A DNA stretch of 58,324 nt from Gammaproteobacteria bacterium (GCA_003560975.1 PWJA01000017.1:1-58324), one strand, 5' to 3'. Positions 1 to 10,428 are shown, counted from the first letter of the stretch. Made by a program: numbers and translations. The notes: generated by a model not told the origin, from the letters alone.

Positions 1-1166
1 ACCAGCGCCAGGTCCCGGAACGCCACGGCTTTCTGGAACAGGGCGTGCGTACCCACGGCGATCACGGCGTCGCCGGCCAGCTGCTCCAGGGCCTCGGCCC
101 GGGCTCGTCCCTGGACCTTCCCGGCCAGCCAGACCGGTTCCAGGCCCAGCGGGCGCAGGTGCTCGCTCAGGGTCCGGTAGTGCTGCTCGGCCAGGATCTC
201 GGTCGGGGCCACGATCGCCGCCTGGCGACCGGCCGCGGCCGCCGTGGCCAGGGCGGCCGCGGCGACCACGGTTTTGCCCGACCCGACATCGCCCTGCAGC
301 AGTCTGCGCATGGGCGATTCGCGCGCCAGGTCGGCCCGGATCTCGTCGATCACCCGGTTCTGCGCGGCGGTCGGGCGAAACGGCAGCGCGTCGAGCAGGC
401 GTTGGCCAAGGCCGAGCGTATCTTCCAGTCCAGGGGCGCGCTGGCGAGATCGCGCCCGGTTCATTCGGGCCAGGGCGAGGTGATGGGCCAGCAGCTCTTC
501 CAGCGCCAGGCGCTGGACGGCCGGATGGGTCCCGTCGACGAGGGCCTGAAGGTCCTCGTCGGGCGCGGGCGCGTGGATGGTGATCAAGGCCTGTTTCAGG
601 CCGATGTTGCCGGGTCGGCCGGGCAGCAGATCGGCCAATTCCAGCTCACCGCGCTGGAGCCGGTCCAGCGCCTTGCCGATGAGGCGGGCGATGGTGGCCT
701 GGCCGACCCCTTGCGTGGTCGGGTAGACCGGGGTGAGCGAAGTGGGCAGCGGGGGCGATTCGTTTTCGGCCAGGGCCTGACACTGCGGATGGGCCATTTC
801 CAGGCCGCCGGGACCGGCGCGAACGTCACCGTAGCAGCGCAGTCGGCGGCCCTCGGCCAGCAGCTTCAGCTGCGAGGGGTAGAAGCGAAACAGGCGCAGG
901 GCGAGCTGGCCGGTTTCGTCGGCCAGCGTGGCCAGCAGCATGCGCGTGCGGCCGTATCGAATGGCCTGATGAACGATGCGGCCCTCGACCTGGGCGGTGC
1001 TGCCGGGGCGAATCCGGTTGAGCGGGGTGATCCGGGTCCGGTCCTCGAAACGCAGCGGCAGGTGAAAAAGCAGGTCGCTTTCGCGCTCCAGGCCGAGCGC
1101 GGCCAGGCGCGCGGCGACCCGTTCGCCGATGCCGGGCAGGTCGCCGAGCGCGCGGTCAGGCCCCAT
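1..1166 (-). CDS. recG: ATP-dependent DNA helicase RecG, 5' part (runs off the left edge)
   Basis: Absent from the ORF track because it has no stop in the window. Manual translation from ATG 1166 gives MGPDRALGDLPGIGERVAARLAALGLERESDLLFHLPLRFEDRTR..., later RLLQGDVGSGKTVVA and VGTHALFQ (RecG motifs). It lies downstream of ridA. Confidence 0.95.
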   Translation of the reverse strand, partial: MGPDRALGDLPGIGERVAARLAALGLERESDLLFHLPLRFEDRTRITPLNRIRPGSTAQVEGRIVHQAIRYGRTRMLLATLADETGQLALRLFRFYPSQLKLLAEGRRLRCYGDVRAGPGGLEMAHPQCQALAENESPPLPTSLTPVYPTTQGVGQATIARLIGKALDRLQRGELELADLLPGRPGNIGLKQALITIHAPAPDEDLQALVDGTHPAVQRLALEELLAHHLALARMNRARSRQRAPGLEDTLGLGQRLLDALPFRPTAAQNRVIDEIRADLARESPMRRLLQGDVGSGKTVVAAAALATAAAAGRQAAIVAPTEILAEQHYRTLSEHLRPLGLEPVWLAGKVQGRARAEALEQLAGDAVIAVGTHALFQKAVAFRDLAL

Positions 1167-1181
1167 CTGTGGGCGGGCCGC

Positions 1182-1574
1182 TCAGCCGGAGGCCGGCAAC
1201 ACCATGACCCCGTCCATTTCCACCGGAACGCCCTTGGGCAGGGCAGCGACCTGGACCGCGGCCCGGGCCGGGTAGGGTTCGGACAAGTACTCTGCCATGA
1301 CCCGGTTGACGGTCTGAAAATGGCCCAGATCGGTCAGGAAGATGTTGAGCTTGACCAGGTCATCGAGGTTCCCGCCGGCGGCTTCGGCCACGGCCAGCAG
1401 ATTGTCGAAGACCCGCCGGACCCGGGTTTCGAAATCCCCGTCCACGACCTCACCGCTGACCGGATCGAGCGGAATCTGGCCGGACAGGTAGACCGTATCC
1501 CCGGCCTGGACGGCCTGGGAATACGGGCCGATCGCGGCCGGCGCGCGATCGGTGCGGATGATGCGTCGGCTCAT
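1182..1574 (-). CDS. ridA: RidA family reactive intermediate/imine deaminase
   Basis: [42 protein letters not shown] motifs. Confidence 0.95.
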   Translation of the reverse strand: MSRRIIRTDRAPAAIGPYSQAVQAGDTVYLSGQIPLDPVSGEVVDGDFETRVRRVFDNLLAVAEAAGGNLDDLVKLNIFLTDLGHFQTVNRVMAEYLSEPYPARAAVQVAALPKGVPVEMDGVMVLPASG

Positions 1575-1583
1575 CAGTGATGC

Positions 1584-2021
1584 TCAATCGCAGTCGCCGA
1601 TACGGCGGCCGGACATCTCGATGGTGCTCTTCATCGGTCCCATCGGAGTTTCGGCGTCGGTGATGATCAGGCCTTCGCTGCGATCGCCCATGAAGGTCAT
1701 TTCCATGTTCATTTCGATGGACATCCCCTGCTCGACGCAGGTCATTTCATAGTTGGCTCCGTCGGCCCGCACTTCTTCGCGGGTGACCTCGCATTCGTCC
1801 ATGTCCATGTCGCCCATGAAGGCATCGGCCTCGGCGATGTCCTCGGCGGTCATGCACTCGGTGGTCGTGTCGTTCTGTTCCGGGAAGGGGAAATCACCCT
1901 CGACCGTCATGCGGGTGCTGTACTCCCACAGACCGGGCTCGATGTTGGGCGTTTCGGCGTTGGCCAGCGCGACCAGGCCAAAGGCCAGGCAGGCGATCAG
2001 GGTTCGGGTCTTGATGTTCAA
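1584..2021 (-). CDS. Exported DUF3617-like protein
   Basis: Signal peptide, PGLWE motif, paired Cys, C-terminal GRRIGDC; RBS-like GGAG upstream. Confidence 0.8.
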   Translation of the reverse strand: MNIKTRTLIACLAFGLVALANAETPNIEPGLWEYSTRMTVEGDFPFPEQNDTTTECMTAEDIAEADAFMGDMDMDECEVTREEVRADGANYEMTCVEQGMSIEMNMEMTFMGDRSEGLIITDAETPMGPMKSTIEMSGRRIGDCD

Positions 2022-2206
2022 TGGCTTGCTCCGTCGGTGAATGAATGCGGGCGCAGAGCTCTGATGTTGCAGACGCCGATCGGTTCGGATCTTCGGAAGG
2101 TTCTGCGCTCCATTCCGTGCATTGTACCGCTGCCAATGCGCTCAGCCCAAGGGCGCGGCATTCTGACCCCGATATTGCTCTACCGGGAGGCTGAACTTGC
2201 GCCCGT

Positions 2207-2229
2207 GGAATGATATGTTGTTACGGATG
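2207..2229 (+). promoter_or_regulatory. Possible Zur box
   Basis: GGAATGATATGTTGTTACGGATG is a degenerate match to the GAAATGTTATA-N-TATAACATTTC type consensus. It is an AT-rich patch about 60 bp upstream of a ZnuD-like receptor. Confidence 0.45.
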
Positions 2230-2285
2230 TTGCCCGCGCTTGGGCGGGCTCTTGTTTTTCGCCTTTCACCGGAGATAGATCAGAT

Positions 2286-4514
2286 ATGTACAAACCTGCC
2301 CCATTGCCGCTGGCAGCTGCCATTTCCTGCGCCCTGGCTTTTCCCGTATCCGCGTCCGCCCAGGTGGACGACGCTGCGCCCGAAACAGCTGATCGAATCC
2401 TGGTCCTGGCCGACCCGCTCGGCGATCGCGGGCCCGATGAACTGGTCCGTCCGGTCACCGTCGTGCTCGGTGATGAACTCGAGCGCCGCCGGGCCGCGAC
2501 CCTGGGTGAAGTGCTCGACGGCCTGCCCGGCGTGGCCAATTCCGATTTCGGCCCGGGCGTGGGCCGGCCGGTGGTTCGCGGACTGCAGGGTTCGCGGGTG
2601 CAGGTGCTCGAAGACGGCATGGGCACGTCCGATGTTTCGCGCGAGGGCGCCGATCACGCCATCGGCATCGACCCCGGCCGCGCCGAGCAGGTCGAGGTCT
2701 TTCGCGGCCCGGCCACGCTGCTGTACGGGAGTGGCGCCGCCGGTGGGGTGGTCAACGTGGTCAGCCGCCGCTTCGCGCCGGAATTCGCCGATGCCCTGCG
2801 CGTCGACGGCCGTTTTTCCTATGGGTTCAACGGCAATGACAAGCAGGGCCGGCTGGCGCTGGACGCGCCGCTGAGCACGGATTTCGTTCTTCGGGCCGAC
2901 TACAACATCCGGCGCACCGACGATTTCGACATCAACGGGTTCCAGCAGGTCGGCCAGACCGCCGGCAACGAAGACACGCTGCGCATCAGCAGCATTGATA
3001 CCGACTCGGCTTCGTTGACCGGCCTGGTCCGCGGCGACTGGGGCTTTTTCGGCCTCGGCGTGAGCTACTGGGATACCGATTACGGGATTCCGGAAAACTT
3101 CGACGCTCGACCGCGCGAACTGGGCGGTCAGAGCGATGATTTCGAGCGCGTGGTTGCCGACTCTCTGCGTTTCGATCTGCGCGGCGAATGGTACCAGCCG
3201 CTGCCGGGCTTCAGCGCGGCCCGCCTGAAGATGTCCTACACCGATTTCGAGCAGGAAGAGGCGGAGTTCGAGTTCGACCGCAGCCCCGCCGGCGGTTTTC
3301 TCGACGAGCGCGTGGTCGAGGCACAGTTCGAAAACCAGGAGTGGGACACGCGCCTGGAGCTGGTCCATGACCCGATCGCCAACTGGCGCGGCGTGGTCGG
3401 CCTGCAGTACACCGACCGGGACTTCGAGGCCGATGACCCCAGGGGCGTGGAGCGCGGCTTTTACGTGCGCCCGAACGTGACCCGCACCCTGGCCGGTTTT
3501 GTTCTGGAAGAGCTGCCGACCGATTTCGGCAGGATCGAACTGGGTGCCCGCGTCGAGCGTGTCCGCTCCAATCCGGAAGACGTGATCGGCTCGCGCGTCC
3601 AGGGCATTACCCAGGCTGACGGCAGCTTCCTGCCCTTGCCGGAACGGCTGGATACGCAGAGCTTCACGCCGTTCAGCCTGTCGGCCGGAGCGGTGGTGGA
3701 CCTGGGCACGGACTACCATCTGCGCGCGGTCGTGACTCACGCCGAGCGGGCGCCGTCGCCGGAGCAGCTGTTCGCCTTTGGTCGGCACGCCGCCGCCGGT
3801 ACCTTCGAGGTCGGCGATCCGAACCTGGACAAGGAGGGATACACCAACTTCGAGCTGGGCTTTGACCGTCACCTGGGATCGTTTCGCTTCGATGCCACGG
3901 CCTTTTACAACCGGGTCAACGACTTCATTTTCCTGGCCTCCGAAGACGACGGCACCGGCAGCCCGGTTGGCGTCAACGACATCGGCAATCGTGCCGGCGA
4001 GGGTGCGGCGGCCGGTTGCGCCCCGGGTGATGGCGGTCTGTGCCGTCTGCGCAACCAGCTGGTGGTCAACCAGCAGGCCAACGCCGAGTTCTACGGCGTG
4101 GAGTTCAACGCCGTCTCGCAGGTGGCCACCGGCCGCATTCCGCTGGATTTCCGGGTCAGCGGCGACTACGTTCGCGGCAAGCTGCGCAGCGGCGGGAATC
4201 TGCCCCGCATCACCCCGATGCGCCTGGGGTTTGGCTTCGATACCCGCTTTACGGACTGGGATCTGTCGATCGATTTCCAGCGCGTGTTCCGCCAGACCAG
4301 CACCGCCGAGGCCGAAAGCGAGACCGGCAGCTACAATCTGATCGGCTTCGATCTGTTCTGGCAGCCGGTGCTGTTCGGCAACGCCCAGCTGTTCCTGCAG
4401 GGCCGCAACCTGCTCGACGAGGACGGCCGCCGCCACCAGAGCTTCTTCAAGGAAGACGCCCCGATCATCGGCCGTTCGTTTACCACCGGACTGCGTTTCC
4501 AGTACGGCGGATAG
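2286..4514 (+). CDS. TonB-dependent receptor, ZnuD-like (probable zinc uptake)
   Basis: Signal peptide; plug TLGEVLDGLPGV..GRPVVRGL; DVSREGADHA and GRHAAAGTFEVG His motifs; C-terminal GRSFTTGLRFQY; GGAGA RBS. Confidence 0.85.
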   Translation: MYKPAPLPLAAAISCALAFPVSASAQVDDAAPETADRILVLADPLGDRGPDELVRPVTVVLGDELERRRAATLGEVLDGLPGVANSDFGPGVGRPVVRGLQGSRVQVLEDGMGTSDVSREGADHAIGIDPGRAEQVEVFRGPATLLYGSGAAGGVVNVVSRRFAPEFADALRVDGRFSYGFNGNDKQGRLALDAPLSTDFVLRADYNIRRTDDFDINGFQQVGQTAGNEDTLRISSIDTDSASLTGLVRGDWGFFGLGVSYWDTDYGIPENFDARPRELGGQSDDFERVVADSLRFDLRGEWYQPLPGFSAARLKMSYTDFEQEEAEFEFDRSPAGGFLDERVVEAQFENQEWDTRLELVHDPIANWRGVVGLQYTDRDFEADDPRGVERGFYVRPNVTRTLAGFVLEELPTDFGRIELGARVERVRSNPEDVIGSRVQGITQADGSFLPLPERLDTQSFTPFSLSAGAVVDLGTDYHLRAVVTHAERAPSPEQLFAFGRHAAAGTFEVGDPNLDKEGYTNFELGFDRHLGSFRFDATAFYNRVNDFIFLASEDDGTGSPVGVNDIGNRAGEGAAAGCAPGDGGLCRLRNQLVVNQQANAEFYGVEFNAVSQVATGRIPLDFRVSGDYVRGKLRSGGNLPRITPMRLGFGFDTRFTDWDLSIDFQRVFRQTSTAEAESETGSYNLIGFDLFWQPVLFGNAQLFLQGRNLLDEDGRRHQSFFKEDAPIIGRSFTTGLRFQYGG

Positions 4515-4589
4515 CGCCTTCGCCGACGCGACCGCCTGCCCCCGACGTTGCCGGGGGTTTGGCTTTCGTGGCCCATTGGCGCCCATCCG

Positions 4590-6143
4590 TCAGCCGCCGA
4601 AATCCTCGTGCAGCCAGTTTCGCAGCCGGTCCATGGGCGCGGCGGTGGCGGGCTCGCCCGGAACGAGTCCGTCGACGAATCCGCGCTTTCTGAACGGCTC
4701 GATCAGATCCGGGTTGGCGGCGATCACGTGCACCGGCACCGCGGCGCTGGCTTCGTGGCCGGTGATCAGGGCGGCCGGCTGGTGATCGCCGAGCAGGATC
4801 AACACAGTGTCCTCGGTCAGGAAGCGCGCGGCGTAGTCGAGGCTCACCTCCAGCGAATACGCGACGCTCAATGCATAGTGCTCGCGCACGCGCTCGATGT
4901 CCTGCCACAACAGCTGCGGCGGATCGCCTGCGTTGCGCCACGGTTCGAAGACCGAGCCGTCCCCGATCGTTTCCCAATCAGGCACCGGATCGATCACCGG
5001 CGTCCACGGTGCATGGCTGCTGATCAGGGCAATCTTGGCAAACAGCGGACGGGTCGCGCCCGGCCGCAGTACGGTCTGGAAATGGTGCAGCGTGTACTGA
5101 TCGGGCATGGTGACCCAGTTCAGAGGCGGTCCGGCATAGCCGAGATCGCGGGCCGCGGCGATCCGCTCATATCCCAGCTGAGTGCCCTCCGGCCAGGCCA
5201 TGGTGATGGCCGGGACCACCGCCAGGGTGGCATGACCGGTGGCGTGGAAGTCATCGATCAGCGTATTGCGGTGCGAGTCCAGCAACAGCCGGTACCAGAG
5301 CTGGTTGTCGATCCAGCGCCCGCTCAGCGCGGTGGCATGGGCCAGCCAGGACTGACCGCCCCGGATCGGGGCCTCGAGGAGGCCTGTGACCACATTCAAG
5401 CCGGCCTGCTCGAGTCGCGGCGCCATTCGCTCCAGGGCCGGATCCACGATTTCGCGATAGCGCTGCTGGTCGAATACCGAGATCCCGTAGGACTCGATGA
5501 ATACCAGCAGGACGTCCTTGTCGGCCAGCCCGGGCAGCGGCGTGGCCGGCCGCTCTTCGGCTGGTGACGCGGCCTCGAACTCGGCCCGGGCCCGATGCGT
5601 TGCGCCGACCTGGGCAAGCTGGAACGTCAGCGTGTCCCAGACGGGGGTGCGCGCCACCGCAAGTGGACGCTGGCCGAAAATTTCGAGCGTCGCCATGGCC
5701 AGGGAGCCGACGGCCAGCAGCGCGGCGAGCGCGAGGGCAGGCCCGGTCCGTGCGCGTGCCGGGTGCAGCGCCAGGGCGAGCAGCATGCTCAGCCCGATCA
5801 GCAGGGCGATCACCGTGGCCGTGACCGCCAGCGCGCCGGCGCGGCCAATGTTGCCGTCGAGCAGGTTGAACCCGGCGCCGATCAGAATGACGTCGAGATA
5901 GGCGTTGAGTGGCCGACTGAGGACCTGATGGGTAGCGCCGTCCCCAAAACCCAGCACCAGGGCCGTCAGCAGCACCCCGACCAGCAGCCAGCGCACAAAT
6001 CGCAGCACCGGCCGGTCGGGAGCCAGCGCGAAAGCGCCGACCAGGAACCAGGCCTCCCAGGCCAGCCAGCGACCCTCTCCGATCCCGAATCGCAGCCACA
6101 GCGGAGCGATGAGCAGGAAATTGACCACCAGGCCCCAACTCAA
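4590..6143 (-). CDS. Membrane-anchored sulfatase/alkaline-phosphatase-superfamily protein (LTA synthase/OpgB/EptA-like architecture)
   Basis: Several N-terminal TM segments, then FIESYG, GGQSWLAH, SSHAPW and LGDHQP metal/nucleophile motifs. The start is uncertain (TTG; see finding on the upstream TAA). Confidence 0.75.
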   Translation of the reverse strand: MSWGLVVNFLLIAPLWLRFGIGEGRWLAWEAWFLVGAFALAPDRPVLRFVRWLLVGVLLTALVLGFGDGATHQVLSRPLNAYLDVILIGAGFNLLDGNIGRAGALAVTATVIALLIGLSMLLALALHPARARTGPALALAALLAVGSLAMATLEIFGQRPLAVARTPVWDTLTFQLAQVGATHRARAEFEAASPAEERPATPLPGLADKDVLLVFIESYGISVFDQQRYREIVDPALERMAPRLEQAGLNVVTGLLEAPIRGGQSWLAHATALSGRWIDNQLWYRLLLDSHRNTLIDDFHATGHATLAVVPAITMAWPEGTQLGYERIAAARDLGYAGPPLNWVTMPDQYTLHHFQTVLRPGATRPLFAKIALISSHAPWTPVIDPVPDWETIGDGSVFEPWRNAGDPPQLLWQDIERVREHYALSVAYSLEVSLDYAARFLTEDTVLILLGDHQPAALITGHEASAAVPVHVIAANPDLIEPFRKRGFVDGLVPGEPATAAPMDRLRNWLHEDFGG

Positions 6144-6233
6144 CAGTTATGCGATACCGGGCCAGCGCACGGTGACGGGAGACTTCACGACGGTAAACGA
6201 TCATTTGCGGTAATGACCCATCGTTACACGAAC

Positions 6234-7793
6234 ATGCTCAGCAAGCGCGTGAATGCCGGCCGGGAGCTGAAGATCGTTCTGGCCCTGGCCTGGCTGGCCG
6301 GAGGTTCGAACCCGGCGTGGGCCGAACCCATGGCCCAGGTGATCGAGCGCGCCCAGGACCTGGCGGCCAGCGAATGGCGGGCGCCAGTCCCGGTCCATCC
6401 GGAGCTTGCGGCGCTGGATTACGATGCCTATCGAGCCATCCGCTATGACCCGGATCAGGCCCTGTGGAGTGATTCCGGGCCTTTTCACATCCAGTTCTTT
6501 CACCCGGGCTTTCTGTACAACGAGGTGGTGCTCATTCATGAGGTGGACGGGAAGGTCGTCCGCCGAGTGCCGTTCGATCCGGCCCGGTTTTCCTTTGACC
6601 CGCCCCTGGATGGTCCGCCCCTGCAATCCGATGCCGCCGGAGGCCATGCCGGTTTTCGCGTTCACTACCCCATCAACCGAGCCGACCGGCGTGACGAGTT
6701 CCTGGTTTTTCTGGGCGCGTCCTACTTTCGCCTGATCGGCCGCGATCAGGTCTACGGTCTGTCGGCGCGCGGCCTGGCTCTGGACAGCGGCGGTCCGGGG
6801 GCCGAGGAGTTTCCGGTCTTTCGCGAATTCTGGATGATCCGACCAGACCACGATGCCGATGCCCTGGTTGTGCTGGCGCTGCTCGACAGCCCCTCGGTCA
6901 CCGGCGCCTATCGCTTTGAAGTCCGGCCCGGCGATCCCTCGTCGATCGACGTCGATGCGCACCTGTTCGCCCGCGAGGACCTGGTTCGACCGGGCATCGC
7001 GCCGCTGACCAGCATGTACACCCACGGCGACATGGGTCCGTTTCTGGCCGATGATTTCCGGCCGCGGGTGCATGACTCCGACGGGCTGATGGTGATCAGC
7101 AGCCGCGGCGAGACCCAGTGGCGGCCGCTTTCGAATCGGGCCAGGGTCCGGATCGCCACGTTTGTCGACGATGCTCCGCCGCGCGGGTTCGGCCTGCTTC
7201 AGCGCCGCCGCGACTGGGTCGACTTTCAGGACCTGGAGGCGCGCTACGAGCGCCGCCCGGGGCTGTGGGTGGAGCCGCTGGCCGGCGACTGGCGCGGCGG
7301 TCGCGTGGAGCTGGTGGAGATTCCGACCGCCGATGAAACACACGACAACATCGTCGTGTTCTGGGTGCCCGATGAGCCGGTGGAAGCCGGCCAGTCGCGC
7401 CATTTCGCGTATCGCCTGACGACCGTGGGGAAGAAGGATCCTTCGGACGAGCCCGCGCGGGTCCATGCAACCCGCACGGGCCGGGCCGGCCTGCCCGGAC
7501 AGGAGCGCTGGCGGCAGCGCGCGCAGCGCCGATTCGTGATCGATTTCCAGGGACGCGCGCTGCCCGGGGATGGGTCCATCGAGCTGTCCGCCACGGCCAG
7601 TGCCGGCGAAATTCTCGAGGCTCGGCTGGAACGGCTGCCCGAGGAACACTCGCTGCGCGCGGTCATCGCCCTGGACCCGGATCCCGACGGCATGCCGTCG
7701 GATCTGCGCGTCTTCCTGCACCGCGACGGTGCGCCGCTATCGGAGGTCTGGACGTATGTCTGGTACCCGGATGAACTCGACCATCACCTTTGA
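6234..7793 (+). CDS. mdoG: Periplasmic glucan biosynthesis protein, OpgG/OpgD family
   Basis: LDYDAYRAIRY, FLGASYFR, QVYGLSARGLALD, EEFPVFREFW, RPRVHDSDGL, DETHDNIV, SEVWTY. Start trimmed from ORF 5595 to the ATG before a Sec-type signal (alternative ATG 6213). Confidence 0.92.
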   Translation: MLSKRVNAGRELKIVLALAWLAGGSNPAWAEPMAQVIERAQDLAASEWRAPVPVHPELAALDYDAYRAIRYDPDQALWSDSGPFHIQFFHPGFLYNEVVLIHEVDGKVVRRVPFDPARFSFDPPLDGPPLQSDAAGGHAGFRVHYPINRADRRDEFLVFLGASYFRLIGRDQVYGLSARGLALDSGGPGAEEFPVFREFWMIRPDHDADALVVLALLDSPSVTGAYRFEVRPGDPSSIDVDAHLFAREDLVRPGIAPLTSMYTHGDMGPFLADDFRPRVHDSDGLMVISSRGETQWRPLSNRARVRIATFVDDAPPRGFGLLQRRRDWVDFQDLEARYERRPGLWVEPLAGDWRGGRVELVEIPTADETHDNIVVFWVPDEPVEAGQSRHFAYRLTTVGKKDPSDEPARVHATRTGRAGLPGQERWRQRAQRRFVIDFQGRALPGDGSIELSATASAGEILEARLERLPEEHSLRAVIALDPDPDGMPSDLRVFLHRDGAPLSEVWTYVWYPDELDHHL

Positions 7794-9627
7794 CCGACGC
7801 CGCCGGCTGTTTCTGGCACTGGTCGGCGGAACCGGCCTGGCCGGGCTGATCGGTCTGTTTCTGGCCCTGGCCGAAGCGGGCGTGAGTCTGATCGCTCGGG
7901 TTCCGCTGGCCCTGTTGTTCGCGCTGACGTTCACCTGGATTGCGGTTTCCTTCTGGCACGCGGTGATCGGATTTTTCCTCGAGCTGTTGCAGCCCAACCG
8001 GTCCGGTCGGGACCGGTCGGTCGACGCCCCTGCGCGATTGCGCCCGCATCGTACAGCCCTGGTCATGCCCATTCACAATGAGGATCCGGACCGCGTCGTG
8101 GCCGGTTTGAGGGCCATGGCCGAGTCCCTCCGGCGCTCCCGGGCGGGCGAGGGCTTCGAATTCTTTGTCCTCAGCGATACACGCGATGCACTGATCCTGC
8201 AGGCCGAGCGTTCAGCCATCGCGGCGCTGCAAAGCGAGCTGGAGGGGCAGGTGCCGCTTCACTATCGTCATCGCCCCGACAACTCCGGGCGCAAGGCGGG
8301 CAACCTGGCCGATTTCTGCCGGCGCTGGGGGCGACGCTATCAGTTCATGCTCGTGCTCGACGCCGACAGCGTCATGGATGCATCCTGCATGCTGCGGCTG
8401 GTTCGTGCCATGCAGCGCGACGCCGCTGTCGGCCTGATCCAGACCGTACCCATCCCGGTCGGTCAGACCAGCCTGTTTGCCCGCCTGATGCAGTTTGCCG
8501 CGGCCGTGTATTCGCCCATGCTGGCGCGCGGGCAGGCCTTCTGGCAAGGGCACATCGGCAACTACTGGGGCCACAACGCGCTGGTCAGAATGACCGCGTT
8601 CATGGACGCCTGCGGTTTGCCGGAGTTGCCGGGCAGACCGCCGCTGGGCGGCGAAATTCTCAGCCACGACTTCGTTGAGGGCGCGCTGCTGTGCCGTGCC
8701 GGCTGGAAGGTCGAACTGGACACCGCGAGCCTGGTCAGCCATGAGGAAGTTCCGGCCAACCTGATCGATTTTGCCGCCCGCGATCGGCGCTGGATGCAGG
8801 GCAACCTGCAGCACCTGAAGTTGCTGCGCATGCCGGGACTGCATCCGAGCAGCCGCCTCCATTTTCTGTTCGGCGCGGTCGCCTATCTGTCGTCGCTGGC
8901 CTGGCTGGGGCTGCTGCTGCTCGGTGCGATGACCATGGTGCTGCATGCGCCCGGCGCTGCCGCGGAGCCGTCGCCAGGGCCGGGGCTGTTCGCGATGACC
9001 ATGCTTCTGACCACGCTGGCGCTCCTGTTCGGACCGCGCCTGCTGGGTCTGAGCCTCGCGCTGCTGCGCCGGCCCGGCGCTTTTGGCGGTCGTCTGCGGC
9101 TGGCAGGCAGCGGCCTGCTGGAAGCGCTGGCCGGGATTCTGCTCGCTCCGGTGATGATGCTGTTTCATGCCCGCTTCGCGCTGGAAATCCTGTCCGGGTC
9201 CAGCGTCGGCTGGTCTTCCCCGCCGCGTGGTGACCGGCCGGTCTCGGCCGCCCTGGCGTTGGCCCGAACCTGGGGGATGGCGGCTGTCGGCCTGGCATGG
9301 CTTGTTTTGGCCGCGACCCTGACCCCGCACTATCTGTGGTGGATGAGCCCGGTCTGGCTGGGGCTGCTGCTGGCTCCGCTGGCGGCCTGGGCCTCCGGCA
9401 GCCGGGCGCTGGGTCTGGCCTTGCGCCGGCCGGGGCTGCTGCTGACGCCCAGCGAAACGGGCCCGCCGGAAGTCGTGCGTGCCGCCTTCCAGCGCAGGCC
9501 TCAGATCACCGGGAGATTGGCTCCGCAGCGGCCGCCGCGCGAACGACCCGGTCCGATGCCCATCCAGCGCGTTCTGCCGGCTCGAGACCTGGTCCGGGCA
9601 GCGGGGTACGATCGGGTTCGTGTCTGA
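7771..9627 (+). CDS. mdoH: Glucans biosynthesis glucosyltransferase OpgH (short form)
   Basis: MPIHNEDP, RKAGNLADFCRRWG, VLDADSVM, GNYWGHNAL, LSHDFVE, RDRRWMQGNLQH. ATG 7771 overlaps the end of mdoG. Confidence 0.93.
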   Translation: MNSTITFDRRRRLFLALVGGTGLAGLIGLFLALAEAGVSLIARVPLALLFALTFTWIAVSFWHAVIGFFLELLQPNRSGRDRSVDAPARLRPHRTALVMPIHNEDPDRVVAGLRAMAESLRRSRAGEGFEFFVLSDTRDALILQAERSAIAALQSELEGQVPLHYRHRPDNSGRKAGNLADFCRRWGRRYQFMLVLDADSVMDASCMLRLVRAMQRDAAVGLIQTVPIPVGQTSLFARLMQFAAAVYSPMLARGQAFWQGHIGNYWGHNALVRMTAFMDACGLPELPGRPPLGGEILSHDFVEGALLCRAGWKVELDTASLVSHEEVPANLIDFAARDRRWMQGNLQHLKLLRMPGLHPSSRLHFLFGAVAYLSSLAWLGLLLLGAMTMVLHAPGAAAEPSPGPGLFAMTMLLTTLALLFGPRLLGLSLALLRRPGAFGGRLRLAGSGLLEALAGILLAPVMMLFHARFALEILSGSSVGWSSPPRGDRPVSAALALARTWGMAAVGLAWLVLAATLTPHYLWWMSPVWLGLLLAPLAAWASGSRALGLALRRPGLLLTPSETGPPEVVRAAFQRRPQITGRLAPQRPPRERPGPMPIQRVLPARDLVRAAGYDRVRV

Positions 9628-10399
9628 GTCCTTGAAAAGTCGCTACGGGCTGCTGCGCTCGCTGCTGATCTACCGGCGTCCGGGACGCCAGCGATCCCTG
9701 CGGCGCTTGTACCGCCCCTTTGTTCAGGCCGGCGACCTGGTCTTCGACGTCGGCGCCCACCTGGGCGACCGGGCCAGCGCCTTTGCCGGTCTGGGTGCAC
9801 AGGTTGTGGCTCTGGAACCACAGCCGCGCCTGCATGCCTGGCTCGAGCGCCTGACCCGGGGTTCCGGGCGCGTGACCTGTCTGCCGCTGGCGCTGGGCGC
9901 TGCACCCGGCCGGATGAGTCTGACCAGCAGCCGGGTCAACCCGACCGTGGCCAGTCTGTCGACCTCGTGGCGCGCCCAGGTCAGCCAGGCCGGGGCCGGC
10001 TTCGACAGGGTCGACTGGGACGAGTCCGTCTCCGTCGAAGTCACGACCCTGGATGCATTGATCGCCCGTTTCGGCGAACCGGCATTCTGCAAGATCGATG
10101 TGGAAGGGTTCGAGGCCGAAGTCCTGGCCGGGCTGTCGCGCCCGCTGGCGGCGCTGTCGCTGGAGTTCGTCCAGGGCGCCCTGGATCGGACACTGGCGTG
10201 CGTCGATCGACTGCAGAGCCTGGCGCCCTACCGGTATCAGGTGGTCGCCGGTGAAGATCGCCGATTCACGCTCGACGGCTGGGTCGATGCCCGATCCATT
10301 CGCCGCTGGCTGGTCGCGGGTGCCGACGGTCTGGCCTCGGGGGATCTGTATGCGCGCCGGGCAGCGCAAGCCGAGTCTGCAGCCGATCGGGTAAGCTGA
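9620..10399 (+). CDS. FkbM family SAM-dependent methyltransferase
   Basis: VFDVGAHLG, ALEPQP, KIDVEGFE. GTG 9620 overlaps the mdoH stop. Confidence 0.9.
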   Translation: MSESLKSRYGLLRSLLIYRRPGRQRSLRRLYRPFVQAGDLVFDVGAHLGDRASAFAGLGAQVVALEPQPRLHAWLERLTRGSGRVTCLPLALGAAPGRMSLTSSRVNPTVASLSTSWRAQVSQAGAGFDRVDWDESVSVEVTTLDALIARFGEPAFCKIDVEGFEAEVLAGLSRPLAALSLEFVQGALDRTLACVDRLQSLAPYRYQVVAGEDRRFTLDGWVDARSIRRWLVAGADGLASGDLYARRAAQAESAADRVS

Positions 10400-10428
10400 A
10401 CCCGATCAGCCCCACGGCCCGCTCGCCC

